From Patescibacteria group bacterium (GTDB lineage: Bacteria > Patescibacteriota > Minisyncoccia > Minisyncoccales > JAHCRE01), in contig JAHCRF010000001.1 in NCBI GenBank assembly GCA_020148055.1, positions 5,378 to 69,377 on the forward strand: a stretch of DNA of 64,000 nucleotides, in the 5' to 3' direction. Both the position numbers and the translations under genes were made by a program. The notes below the pieces were generated by a model. The model did not search any database, had not been told where the DNA came from, and saw only the letters and a list, made by a program, of their open reading frames with translations. The stretch's first letter is position 1. Every line of letters starts with the position of its first letter. This document shows, in pieces, positions 39,244-47,511 of the stretch.

Positions 39244-40148
39244 ATTCAAAATTCAAAATTCAAAATTCAAAATTGAATGTCGGGGTTACTCTTGTTGAGT
39301 TAGTGGTGATTATTGGGATTTTAGTTATTTTAGCTCTCATATCTGCCCCGGTCTTCCGTTTTTTTCAAAAAGAGTCAGATTTAAATAATAACACTGAGGA
39401 AATTATCAATACCTTAAGATTTGCTCAAAATAGAACTCTGGCTTCTGAAGGAGCTAGTCAATACGGAGTCTATTTTGATAACACTACCTCTCCCCATCAA
39501 TATACCTTATTTAAGGGCACAGATTTTGCTTCTAGAGATAGTTCTTCTGATGAAATTCATAAATTAGCAAAAGCAGTAGAGTTTTATGAAATTAATTTAA
39601 ATGGAGGAAATGAGTTGGTTTTTGATCGAGTAACGGGGAAAACTAGCCAACCTGGTAATGTTTCTTTAAGATTAAAAGTAGATCTTACAAAAACTAAGAC
39701 TATCTACATTGAGAGTTCTGGTCAGGTGGGGCTGACTATCCCGTCAGTCCCTACTGATGGTCAAGTAGAAGATTCCAGGCATGTTCATTCTGATTTAGGA
39801 TGGAGTATTCAAAACTCCACTGCTTTAAAATTTTCTTTTCCCGATATCCCACAAGTAGAAACCATAGATATGGCTGATTATTTTAATACTGGTAAAACAG
39901 AATTTGATTGGGAAGGAACATTTTCTGTAGGCGGGATCGACCAAATATTCCGAGTTCATACCCATGCTCTTGATGCATTTAATACTCTTCTCTGTATTCA
40001 TCGTAATCGAAACGATGGGAAAAATAACCAAGAAGTAATAATTTATATTGTCGACGGGGGAATAGATAAAGATATCGCCCATTATTTAGCCGATGCAGTA
40101 GATACTGTGGAAAAAGGTTTTTATGTTAATACAATGGAAAGACAATAA
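39240..40148 (+). CDS. minor type IV pilin (FimT/GspH-like N-terminus)
   Basis: G|VTLVE class III signal followed by a hydrophobic helix. Confidence 0.85.
   Translation: MNSKFKIQNSKLNVGVTLVELVVIIGILVILALISAPVFRFFQKESDLNNNTEEIINTLRFAQNRTLASEGASQYGVYFDNTTSPHQYTLFKGTDFASRDSSSDEIHKLAKAVEFYEINLNGGNELVFDRVTGKTSQPGNVSLRLKVDLTKTKTIYIESSGQVGLTIPSVPTDGQVEDSRHVHSDLGWSIQNSTALKFSFPDIPQVETIDMADYFNTGKTEFDWEGTFSVGGIDQIFRVHTHALDAFNTLLCIHRNRNDGKNNQEVIIYIVDGGIDKDIAHYLADAVDTVEKGFYVNTMERQ
39243..39277 (+). repeat. heptamer tandem repeat (AATTCAA)x4 plus 1 degenerate copy, in the pilin leader
   Basis: Read directly; encodes NSKFKIQNSKL. Confidence 0.85.
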
Positions 40149-40608
40149 AAAGGGAATATCAGTCATAGAAATTCTAATAGTTATCGCTATTATTGGTATT
40201 GCTTTGACTAGTCTTTTAGGCGTAGCCGCCTTTTCTTTAAAGGTTTCCGTTTCAATAAAAGAGACCACTCAGGCCAATGCTTTAGCCCAGGAGATAATTG
40301 AGGCAGTCAGAAATTTTCGAGATGGAACAACTTGGGATAGTGATGGTCTAGGAACTTTAACCACCAGCCTTGCTTATTATCCTCAAAAAACAGCCGATAC
40401 TCCTCCAAAATGGACCCTAATTCAGGGCGAAGAAACAATTAATGGTTTCACTCGAAAAGTGATTTTTGCAGATGTTATGAGGGATGCCAGTGATAATATT
40501 GTCGGAACTGGTGGAATAAATGACCCCAATACAAAAAAGGTGACCGTAACTGTTTCCTGGAAAGATAAAAAGGTAGAAATAGTAACCTATTTTACTAACT
40601 GGAAATGA
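40123..40608 (+). CDS. minor type IV pilin (PilV-like)
   Basis: KKG|ISVIEIL; C-terminal KVTVTVSW. Confidence 0.87.
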   Translation: MLIQWKDNKKGISVIEILIVIAIIGIALTSLLGVAAFSLKVSVSIKETTQANALAQEIIEAVRNFRDGTTWDSDGLGTLTTSLAYYPQKTADTPPKWTLIQGEETINGFTRKVIFADVMRDASDNIVGTGGINDPNTKKVTVTVSWKDKKVEIVTYFTNWK

Positions 40609-41126
40609 TGAAGAAACCACTTCAAAGAAGTTTCACTTTAATGGAAATTTTAGTTTATATTGCAGTTCTTTCTATTGTAATTACGGCTATTGTCTCGTTT
40701 GTTCTCTGGTTTATTCATTCCAATACTAAAACTAAGGCAATGCGAGAAACCTTGGATAATGCAAGAAGAGTTATGGAAATAATGACCTATGAGATCAAAG
40801 AGGCAAGAAGCATTTATGCACCAACTACTACTTCTACTCAACTCTCTTTGGAAACAACAAAATATTTGCCAGAAGGAGAAGAGACAAGCTTCATTGATTT
40901 TTATCTTTGTGATTATCGTCTCTGTCTTAAAAAAGAATCCCGAGATTCAATTGCTTTAACTTCAGATAGTGTGGAAATAAATAATCTGGTTTTTACCCGA
41001 ATTGTCTCTGGAGAAGTCCCTTCTATCCAGATTGATTTAACAATTGATTACAAAAACCCAACTAATCGACCAGAATATCAAGCCTCAGTTGGTTTAAAAT
41101 CAACTGTCTCTTTAAGAGAGTATTAA
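40605..41126 (+). CDS. minor type IV pilin (PilW-like)
   Basis: RS|FTLMEILV followed by a hydrophobic helix. Confidence 0.87.
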   Translation: MMKKPLQRSFTLMEILVYIAVLSIVITAIVSFVLWFIHSNTKTKAMRETLDNARRVMEIMTYEIKEARSIYAPTTTSTQLSLETTKYLPEGEETSFIDFYLCDYRLCLKKESRDSIALTSDSVEINNLVFTRIVSGEVPSIQIDLTIDYKNPTNRPEYQASVGLKSTVSLREY

Positions 41127-41127
41127 A

Positions 41128-42936
41128 ATGTTAAATCTAAAAAAACAAAAAGGATTCGCCGCCTTCTTTATAACGATTTTAGTTTTAGTTGTAATGATGG
41201 GTATTGCTATTAGCATTACAGTTTTGAGCTTAGGTGAACATAAAATTTCAAGAAACATTACTAAATCTAACCAGGCCTATTATGTTGCCGAAGCCGGGAT
41301 TGAAGATAGTATTTATCGGATTATAAAAGGAAAAAATTATCAGGCAACTAATAGTCTGGTAGTAGAAGAGGGAACAGCAACTATCAGTATCACTGATGAA
41401 GATAGTTCGAAAGTTATTAAATCTAGCGGTGCAGTTTCTCAGAGGATTAGAAAATTAAGCACCACTCTTACCACTGAGACGATAACCATAGCTTTCCATT
41501 ATGGTGCCCAAGTGGATAGAGGAGGATTACAAATTCAGCCCAACGCTAGAGTGGTTGGAAATGTTTATTCCAACGGAAGCATTATGGGAAGCGGAACTGG
41601 TTTTGATTTCAGCGAAGTTTGTGAAAGTGGTGTTGCCTGTATTACTGGCGATGCCTGGGTGGCTGGAGGGGTAGCTCCTAATCCAGACCAAGAGTGGACT
41701 AGCCAAGATTCTGATTTTTCGTTTGGTTTGAAAATCGGCCCAGTTGATTACCTTGATACTGCCCAGAGCTTCGTTCCTTCTGAGTCAGAAGTATTAAATA
41801 TAGTCAGTCTTTATTTGAAAAAAGTCGGTGAGCCTCCCGATCAGACTGTTAGAATTTTGATTGATAATGGAGGTTCTCCATCTAATACTTCCTTGGCCTC
41901 AGGCACATTAAAAGCTTCAAAAGTGACTTCAAATTACGGCTGGATTGACGTGAGCCTTGATCCTCCGCCGAGCTTAACCGCCGGCCAAACTTATTGGATT
42001 ATGATTGATGTTGCTAGAGATGATGATAATCATTGGATCTGGGGAAAAGATAGCACGGATGGGTACCCCCTTGGAACTGGAAAATATACAAAGGATTGGA
42101 CAAAGTCCGATGCTGTATGGGCAGAGGTCGGCGGTGATTTAAACTTTAAAACCTGGATGGGAGGAATAATTACTTATATGGATGGAACCTGGGTTGGGGT
42201 TAATGCTTATGCTAATACCATTACCGATTCAAATATCACTGCTGATGCTTATTACCAATCCATTGAAAATACTGTTGTTTATGGAACAAGCTATCCTGGA
42301 AGTCCTGACCCACCAACCAAGGATTTACCAATTTCTTATGCTCAAATTCAAGATTGGGAGGCAGCGGCTGAGGCAGGAGGAGTAATTGGGGGAAGTTATA
42401 ATCCTCCTGATGGTTCCTCTCTGGGTCCGATAAAAATAAACGGCAATCTAACTTTCCCAAGTAATGGGACGGTGACGATCGAGGGACCAGTCTGGGTGAC
42501 AGGAAAAATTTTAGCCGAAAATAATGTCACCATTAAACTCAAAGAAGGTTTAACTTCTGGTTATACAATAATTGCCGATAATCCTTCTGACCAGGCAGGT
42601 TTTGGTCAGATAGAGCTTAATAATAATGTGATTACTCAAGATTCTCCCCAAGGTGGCAAACTCCTTTTTATTGCAACAAATAAATCTACTTCTATTGCTA
42701 ATCCATCCATTTGGCTTCATAACAACGTTAATCAAGAATTAGCTCAATCCATTATTTTGAGTCTCCATGGAACAATAAAAGTTGAAAATAATGTTAAATT
42801 TAAAGAAATAACCGGCTATGCAATATATTTGGCAAATAATGCTGAGATTGTTTATGAAATCGGTTTAATCAATGCTGGTTTTTCTTCTGGACCAGGAGGA
42901 GGTTGGGAAGTGACCAATTGGAAAGAAATTGAGTAA
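41128..42936 (+). CDS. large PilX-like tip pilin with inserted beta-rich domains
   Basis: QKG|FAAFF (no Glu5), QAYYVAEAGIE, beta-solenoid-like repeats, C-terminal WKEIE. Confidence 0.82.
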   Translation: MLNLKKQKGFAAFFITILVLVVMMGIAISITVLSLGEHKISRNITKSNQAYYVAEAGIEDSIYRIIKGKNYQATNSLVVEEGTATISITDEDSSKVIKSSGAVSQRIRKLSTTLTTETITIAFHYGAQVDRGGLQIQPNARVVGNVYSNGSIMGSGTGFDFSEVCESGVACITGDAWVAGGVAPNPDQEWTSQDSDFSFGLKIGPVDYLDTAQSFVPSESEVLNIVSLYLKKVGEPPDQTVRILIDNGGSPSNTSLASGTLKASKVTSNYGWIDVSLDPPPSLTAGQTYWIMIDVARDDDNHWIWGKDSTDGYPLGTGKYTKDWTKSDAVWAEVGGDLNFKTWMGGIITYMDGTWVGVNAYANTITDSNITADAYYQSIENTVVYGTSYPGSPDPPTKDLPISYAQIQDWEAAAEAGGVIGGSYNPPDGSSLGPIKINGNLTFPSNGTVTIEGPVWVTGKILAENNVTIKLKEGLTSGYTIIADNPSDQAGFGQIELNNNVITQDSPQGGKLLFIATNKSTSIANPSIWLHNNVNQELAQSIILSLHGTIKVENNVKFKEITGYAIYLANNAEIVYEIGLINAGFSSGPGGGWEVTNWKEIE

Positions 42937-42961
42937 AAATTTTAAATTCAAAATTTCAAAT

Positions 42962-42981
42962 GTGGCCTAGGGCCACTTTTT
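42962..42981 (+). terminator. terminator after the PilX-like gene
   Basis: GTGGCC-TAG-GGCCAC followed by TTTTT. Confidence 0.65.
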
Positions 42982-43014
42982 ATTTTTATTTTTAATGATA
43001 TAATTAATTAGAAA

Positions 43015-44214
43015 ATGTTTGAATTTTTAACTTTAAAATCAGAAGCTTTTGGTTTAGATATTTCTGATTTATCTTTAAAGATTATAAAGCTCAAAAGAAA
43101 GCGGAAATTTTTGGGTCTGGCTTCTTTTAATAAAGCTGAGATAAAACCAGGAATTATTGAAAACATTGAAATTAAAGATGAGGAGGCCTTAGCTAATATT
43201 ATCAAAGAGGCAATTTCTAAAGTTGAGGGGGAAAAAATCAAAACAAAATACGTTGTTGCCTCTTTACCCGAAGAGAAAGCATTTTTGCAGGTAATTCAGA
43301 TGCCATTAATGAAAGAGGAGGAATTAAAAAAGGCAGTTTACTTTGAGGCAGAAAACTATATCCCTTTACCAATTGAAGAAGTTTATTTGGATTTTCAAAT
43401 AGTTAAGCCGATTTTTAATCATTTAGACCACCTTGATGTTTTAATTGCTGCTATGCCCAAGAAAATTGTTGATTCCTATATTTCTTGTTTAAAAAAAGCA
43501 GGTTTGGTTCCCAAAGTTCTGGAAGTTGAATCCCAGGCCATTGCCCGAGCCTTAATCAAGAATGAAGTTATTCCTTTCCCCCTTCTTTTAATTGATCTAG
43601 AAGCAACCAGAACCAGTTTTATTATGTTTTCAGGTTACAGTTTAAGGTTTACCGCCTCTATTCCTGTTTCTTCTCAGAAATTTACCGGAGCTATTTCTAA
43701 GGTTTTGAAAGTTGATTTGAAGGAAGCTGAAAAATTAAAAATAAAATACGGATTACGAGAAAAGCACCAGTTAAAAACTGAAAATAGTACAAAGAAAGAA
43801 ATAGGGAGAGGAAAAATTTTTGAAGCAATAGCTCCTCTTTTAAGGGATTTAATTGAGCAAATTAAAACCTATCTTGTTTATTATCGTACCCATGTTCATC
43901 ATGAACATCTCCCCGTTGATGCTAAAGAAGTTGAAAAAATTTTCCTTTGTGGAAAAGGAGCCAACCTTAAAGGACTTTCTGATTTTCTTTCCTTGGAACT
44001 AAAAATTCCAGTTGAGTTAGGTAACCCTTGGGTAAATATTTTACCAGAACCTCTCAAGGAAGTACCAGAGCTACCTTTTGAGACATCTCTTGGTTATACT
44101 ACTGCTTTAGGTTTAGCATTGAGGGGAGTCCAACCCACCCAGGGAGGAGGTCTCGTCGCGCTTGGCGAGAAGGCCTCTCGCGTCATGATCGCCCCCACTA
44201 AAGCAAGCCCCTAA
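43015..44214 (+). CDS. pilM: type IV pilus assembly protein PilM (with repeat-derived C-terminal extension)
   Basis: FGLDISD, EAENYIP, NPW, ALGLALRG. Confidence 0.92.
   Translation: MFEFLTLKSEAFGLDISDLSLKIIKLKRKRKFLGLASFNKAEIKPGIIENIEIKDEEALANIIKEAISKVEGEKIKTKYVVASLPEEKAFLQVIQMPLMKEEELKKAVYFEAENYIPLPIEEVYLDFQIVKPIFNHLDHLDVLIAAMPKKIVDSYISCLKKAGLVPKVLEVESQAIARALIKNEVIPFPLLLIDLEATRTSFIMFSGYSLRFTASIPVSSQKFTGAISKVLKVDLKEAEKLKIKYGLREKHQLKTENSTKKEIGRGKIFEAIAPLLRDLIEQIKTYLVYYRTHVHHEHLPVDAKEVEKIFLCGKGANLKGLSDFLSLELKIPVELGNPWVNILPEPLKEVPELPFETSLGYTTALGLALRGVQPTQGGGLVALGEKASRVMIAPTKASP
44122..44212. repeat. GC-rich palindromic element fused in-frame to the pilM 3' end
   Basis: AGGGG...CCCCT ends; internal hairpin TCTCGTC..GGCGAGA; TCCAACCCACCC is the reverse complement of a segment in the 62002 element. 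Confidence 0.6.
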
Positions 44215-44220
44215 AAAATT

Positions 44221-44742
44221 ATGATTAATCTTTTACCGCCAAAAGAAAGAGAGAATTTAATTCAAGAAGAAAATTGGAAATTGGTTTTAATTTTAGGAAT
44301 CCTTTTTTTATCTCTTTTAATGTGTTTGATTTTAATTTTACTTTCGATTCAGATTTATAACTCTGGAAAAATTCAATCTCAGAAAGTTATTATTGAGATT
44401 GGGGAAAAAGAGTTTGAAGATCCAGAGACTCAAAATTTTCGGAAAAAAATTATTTTAATTAATCAAAATTTTTCGAAATTAAATTCTTTTTATCAGAGTC
44501 AGACTAATTTGATTGAGATTTTGGAAAAAATCTCGGGAACTTTTCCTGAAGAGATATATTTAACCTCCCTTTCTTATCAAAAAGAGAATCTCCAAATTTC
44601 CCTCTCAGGATATGCTCCCAACCGCGAGGTCTTAGTTGGATTTAAGAAGAATCTTGAAAAAGAATTTCCAGATGCCCATTTTTCACCCCAAAGTTGGTTT
44701 GAACCAACCGATTTTCAAGTAAATTTCAAAATTGTTCAATGA
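44221..44742 (+). CDS. pilN: PilN-like protein
   Basis: MINLLP PilM-binding motif, TM helix, P.EIYLTSL...LSGYA. Confidence 0.88.
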   Translation: MINLLPPKERENLIQEENWKLVLILGILFLSLLMCLILILLSIQIYNSGKIQSQKVIIEIGEKEFEDPETQNFRKKIILINQNFSKLNSFYQSQTNLIEILEKISGTFPEEIYLTSLSYQKENLQISLSGYAPNREVLVGFKKNLEKEFPDAHFSPQSWFEPTDFQVNFKIVQ

Positions 44743-45299
44743 AATTGAAGCCCGAGAGAAAAATTTATCTATCTTTAATAATTTTTGGAATAATAACTAT
44801 TTTATTAATTATTTTGATAATTCACCCCCTTTTTAAAGGAATCCAAAAAAATTCTGAAGAGTTCATTTCTCAGAAAAAGAAGTTAATTTTGCTCCAAGAA
44901 GAAATGAAAAGTCTCAAAGAAACAGAGGTTCTTTATAAAACCTATCAAACCAATATAGATAAAATTGATGATCTTTTTGCTGATCCGGAAGTCCCGATTG
45001 AATTCATCGAGTTTTTAGAAAAAAATGCGGAGAAATCTCAACTCTCAATTAAGATTTCTCTAATGGCTAGAAAAGAAACGGAGCCCTGGCCTAGTCTTTT
45101 TTTTCAAATCTCAACTGTTGGTTCTTTTCCTAATCTCTTAAAATTTTTAGAGAAATTAGAAGCTAGTTCTTATTTAATTGAAATTTCAGATTTGAACGTA
45201 AAAAGATTAACTGAAAAAGAGCTTCAATCAGACGAATTCAGAACTTTTTCCCTTGGTGATGTTTATACTATGTTTTTAATAAAAGTTCTCACCAAATGA
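44739..45299 (+). CDS. pilO: PilO-like protein
   Basis: TM helix, coiled coil, GSFPNLLKFLEKLE; position after pilN. Confidence 0.82.
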   Translation: MKLKPERKIYLSLIIFGIITILLIILIIHPLFKGIQKNSEEFISQKKKLILLQEEMKSLKETEVLYKTYQTNIDKIDDLFADPEVPIEFIEFLEKNAEKSQLSIKISLMARKETEPWPSLFFQISTVGSFPNLLKFLEKLEASSYLIEISDLNVKRLTEKELQSDEFRTFSLGDVYTMFLIKVLTK

Positions 45300-45302
45300 A
45301 AA

Positions 45303-45413
45303 GTCGCGGCACGCGACGGTCGCTCTTGCGACCGCGCTAACACCGCTCCTTAAAACCCATCGGTTTTAATCTTTCCGCTACGGGAAAACACCCAGTTTTC
45401 CCGACCCCTTTCT
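45303..45413 (-). repeat. dispersed palindromic repeat element (second copy at 62002-62116, inverted)
   Basis: Reverse complement AGAAAGGGGTCGGGAAAACTGGGTG...TCCCGTAGCGGAAAGATTAAAACCGATGGGTTTTAAGGAGCGG matches 62002 onward; adjacent hairpins GTCGCG/CGCGAC and GGTCGC/GCGACC. Confidence 0.85.
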
Positions 45414-45424
45414 AAATTTTTATC

Positions 45425-45754
45425 ATGATAAAAATTCCATTGAAATTTAAAAAAGACAAAGAATTTTTTAAGAAAATTCTAAGGATTCTAGGAGAGCATA
45501 TTTTTTTAAGTTTCCTCGTCCTCCTTTTTTTAGCTTTAATTTTAGGTGGTTTTATTTTTTATCAATATAGTTTTTTAGCTGAAAAGTTAGAACCTCAGAT
45601 TATTGAAAAACCCCTTCAGTTTGAAGAAGCTCTTTATCAAAAAATTTCAGAAGAATGGCAGATTCGCCAGAGAAGATTTGAGGAAACTGAATTAAAAGAA
45701 TATCCAGATTTATTTCGACTCCTTATTTTAATCCCCGAGGAATTGACTGAATAG
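45425..45754 (+). CDS. hypothetical single-TM protein closing the pil operon
   Basis: 109-aa ORF with one TM helix and YPDLF near the C-terminus. Confidence 0.75.
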   Translation: MIKIPLKFKKDKEFFKKILRILGEHIFLSFLVLLFLALILGGFIFYQYSFLAEKLEPQIIEKPLQFEEALYQKISEEWQIRQRRFEETELKEYPDLFRLLILIPEELTE

Positions 45755-45828
45755 CTTAATTATGAGCGAAGCGAGGAAAAAAGGACCTTGCAAAAGGTTC
45801 TTATTTTAGATATAATATAGAGATCAGA

Positions 45829-45902
45829 GCCCTCGTAGCTTAATTGGAGAAAGCAGGACCCTTCTAAGGTCAAGAGTGCAGGTTCGACTCCTGCCGAGGG
45901 CA
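45829..45902 (+). tRNA. tRNA-Arg(TCT)
   Basis: GCCCTCG...CGAGGGCA; loop CTTCTAA. Confidence 0.92.
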
Positions 45903-45907
45903 TTTAT

Positions 45908-45960
45908 GGCGGTCGTAGATTAATTGGATAAAGCGCCAGATTGTATCCACAACCGATCGC
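45908..45960 (+). pseudogene. tRNA-His remnant with internal deletion
   Basis: G-1 plus GCGGTCG pairs with CGATCGC (45954-45960). The D region TAATTGGATAAAGC and CCAGATTGT (start of a His anticodon arm) survive; the rest of the anticodon arm and most of the T arm are missing. Confidence 0.7.
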
Positions 45961-46013
45961 TTTACCCCTTACTACATTTAATTCATAAAAGTGGAACAAT
46001 TTAATTAAATTAT

Positions 46014-46085
46014 GGTGGCCTTAGTGTAGCGGAAGCACAAGGATCTGTGGAGTCCTTAGCGGCGGTTCGAATCCGCTAGGTCACC
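46014..46085 (+). tRNA. tRNA-His(GTG)
   Basis: 8-bp acceptor stem GGTGGCCT/AGGTCACC with G-1; arm AGGAT-CTGTGGA-GTCCT. Confidence 0.9.
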
Positions 46086-46089
46086 CTCT

Positions 46090-46120
46090 AAAAAAACAGC
46101 TCCTCAGAGCTGTTTTTTTT
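46090..46120. terminator. bidirectional terminator
   Basis: AAAAAACAGCTC-CTCA-GAGCTGTTTTTTTT. Confidence 0.85.
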
Positions 46121-46141
46121 AATCTTAAATAAATCTTAGTT

Positions 46142-47170
46142 TTATTTTCTTTCTCCTAATTTAGCTTTTAGCATCATTTCTTTTCCTCCTCTTAAAATTT
46201 TTAAATTAATTTCGTCGCCAATTCTAGATTTCTGTAAAATATTTGCCAAGGAATTCTCAGTGGTGATTTTTTCTCCTTCAAATTCTAAGATGATATCAAA
46301 TTCTTTGAGTCCAGCCCGATCGGCTGCACTTCCTCTTACCACTGGCGGTTCTCCCAAAGTCTCTCTAACAATTAAAGCTCCATAATTTACTGGTAATTTA
46401 TTTTTCGTAGCAATTTCTTTATCTAAAATGATATACCTTACTCCCAAAAATGGGATTTTTATTTTTCCATATTTTTTTACCTCCTCTAAGACTCTTTTAA
46501 CATAATTGATCGGAATGGCAAAACCAATATTTTGAGCCCCCATGACCATAGCTGTATTGATACCAATAACTTTCCCTTCAATATCAACCAAAGGTCCTCC
46601 AGAATTTCCTGGATTAATGGCAGCATCAGTCTGGATTAAACCCCTTAGGCTTTCAACCCGGCGAGTCAGTGGTCCAACTGCTTTAATTTTTCGACTGAGG
46701 CCAGAAATAATTCCCGCACTTAATGTATCATGAAATTCTCCTAAAGGATTACCAATAGCAATTACTGTCTGACCTAATTCAATCTTGCCTGAATCTCCTA
46801 ATTCCAGATAGGGAAGATTTTTGTCCTTTATTTTTAAGATAGCAATGTCATTAAGTGGATCTGAAGCCAAAACTTGAGCTGGGTATTTTTTTTCTGGTTC
46901 TAAAATGACGGTGTAATCGGCTTTTGGCTCACTAATTACATGACGACAGGTGAGGATTAGACCATCGGGGGAGGCGATAAACCCCGATCCTCCTCCTATT
47001 TTCACCTTTTCTTTTTCCTTCTTTTCGATTCTTGGGATAATAAATTCTTTACCCCAGAAGGGAAAAAAATAAAAGCCTTCAATTTTGGGAAGATCTTTTG
47101 AAATAACAATAGTTATTACCGCTGGACAGACCTTCTTCGCAACTTCGACTATTGGTGACTTTTCTATCAT
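46142..47170 (-). CDS. htrA: HtrA/DegP-like serine protease with PDZ domain
   Basis: GGGSGFI, LTCRHV, NDIAIL, TDAAINPGNSGGP. Probable start ATG 47170, 7 nt after a TATAAT; no signal peptide is visible from that start. Confidence 0.92.
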   Translation of the reverse strand: MIEKSPIVEVAKKVCPAVITIVISKDLPKIEGFYFFPFWGKEFIIPRIEKKEKEKVKIGGGSGFIASPDGLILTCRHVISEPKADYTVILEPEKKYPAQVLASDPLNDIAILKIKDKNLPYLELGDSGKIELGQTVIAIGNPLGEFHDTLSAGIISGLSRKIKAVGPLTRRVESLRGLIQTDAAINPGNSGGPLVDIEGKVIGINTAMVMGAQNIGFAIPINYVKRVLEEVKKYGKIKIPFLGVRYIILDKEIATKNKLPVNYGALIVRETLGEPPVVRGSAADRAGLKEFDIILEFEGEKITTENSLANILQKSRIGDEINLKILRGGKEMMLKAKLGERK

Positions 47171-47339
47171 CAAATTCATTATAATATAAAATCCTATTGT
47201 CAACAATCATAATCTTTGCTAAAATTTTAATGAACTCCATTTTAGGAAGAGGGTGACCTGAGCGAAGCGAAGACCAGAGGGAGAAACCTTAGGTGTCTCC
47301 TATGGAGAGCCGAGCGAACGAAGTGAGTGAGGCGATAAA

Positions 47340-47411
47340 GCCCCTGTAGTTCAATGGATAGAGCAAGAGTTTCCTAAACTCTAGATATAGGTTCGAATCC
47401 TGTCAGGGGCA
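47340..47411 (+). tRNA. tRNA-Arg(CCT)
   Basis: Arm AGAGT-TTCCTAA-ACTCT. Confidence 0.92.
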
Positions 47412-47413
47412 CT

Positions 47414-47490
47414 GGGCCCATGGCGCAGTTGGTTAGCGCGCATGTATGGCATACATGAGGTCGCGAGTTCAAATCTCGCTGGGTCCACCA
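47414..47490 (+). tRNA. tRNA-Ala(GGC), CCA encoded
   Basis: GGGCCCA/TGGGTCC with G3:U70; arm CATGT-ATGGCAT-ACATG. Confidence 0.93.
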
Positions 47491-47511
47491 GGTTAGATAT
47501 GACAACTTTTT

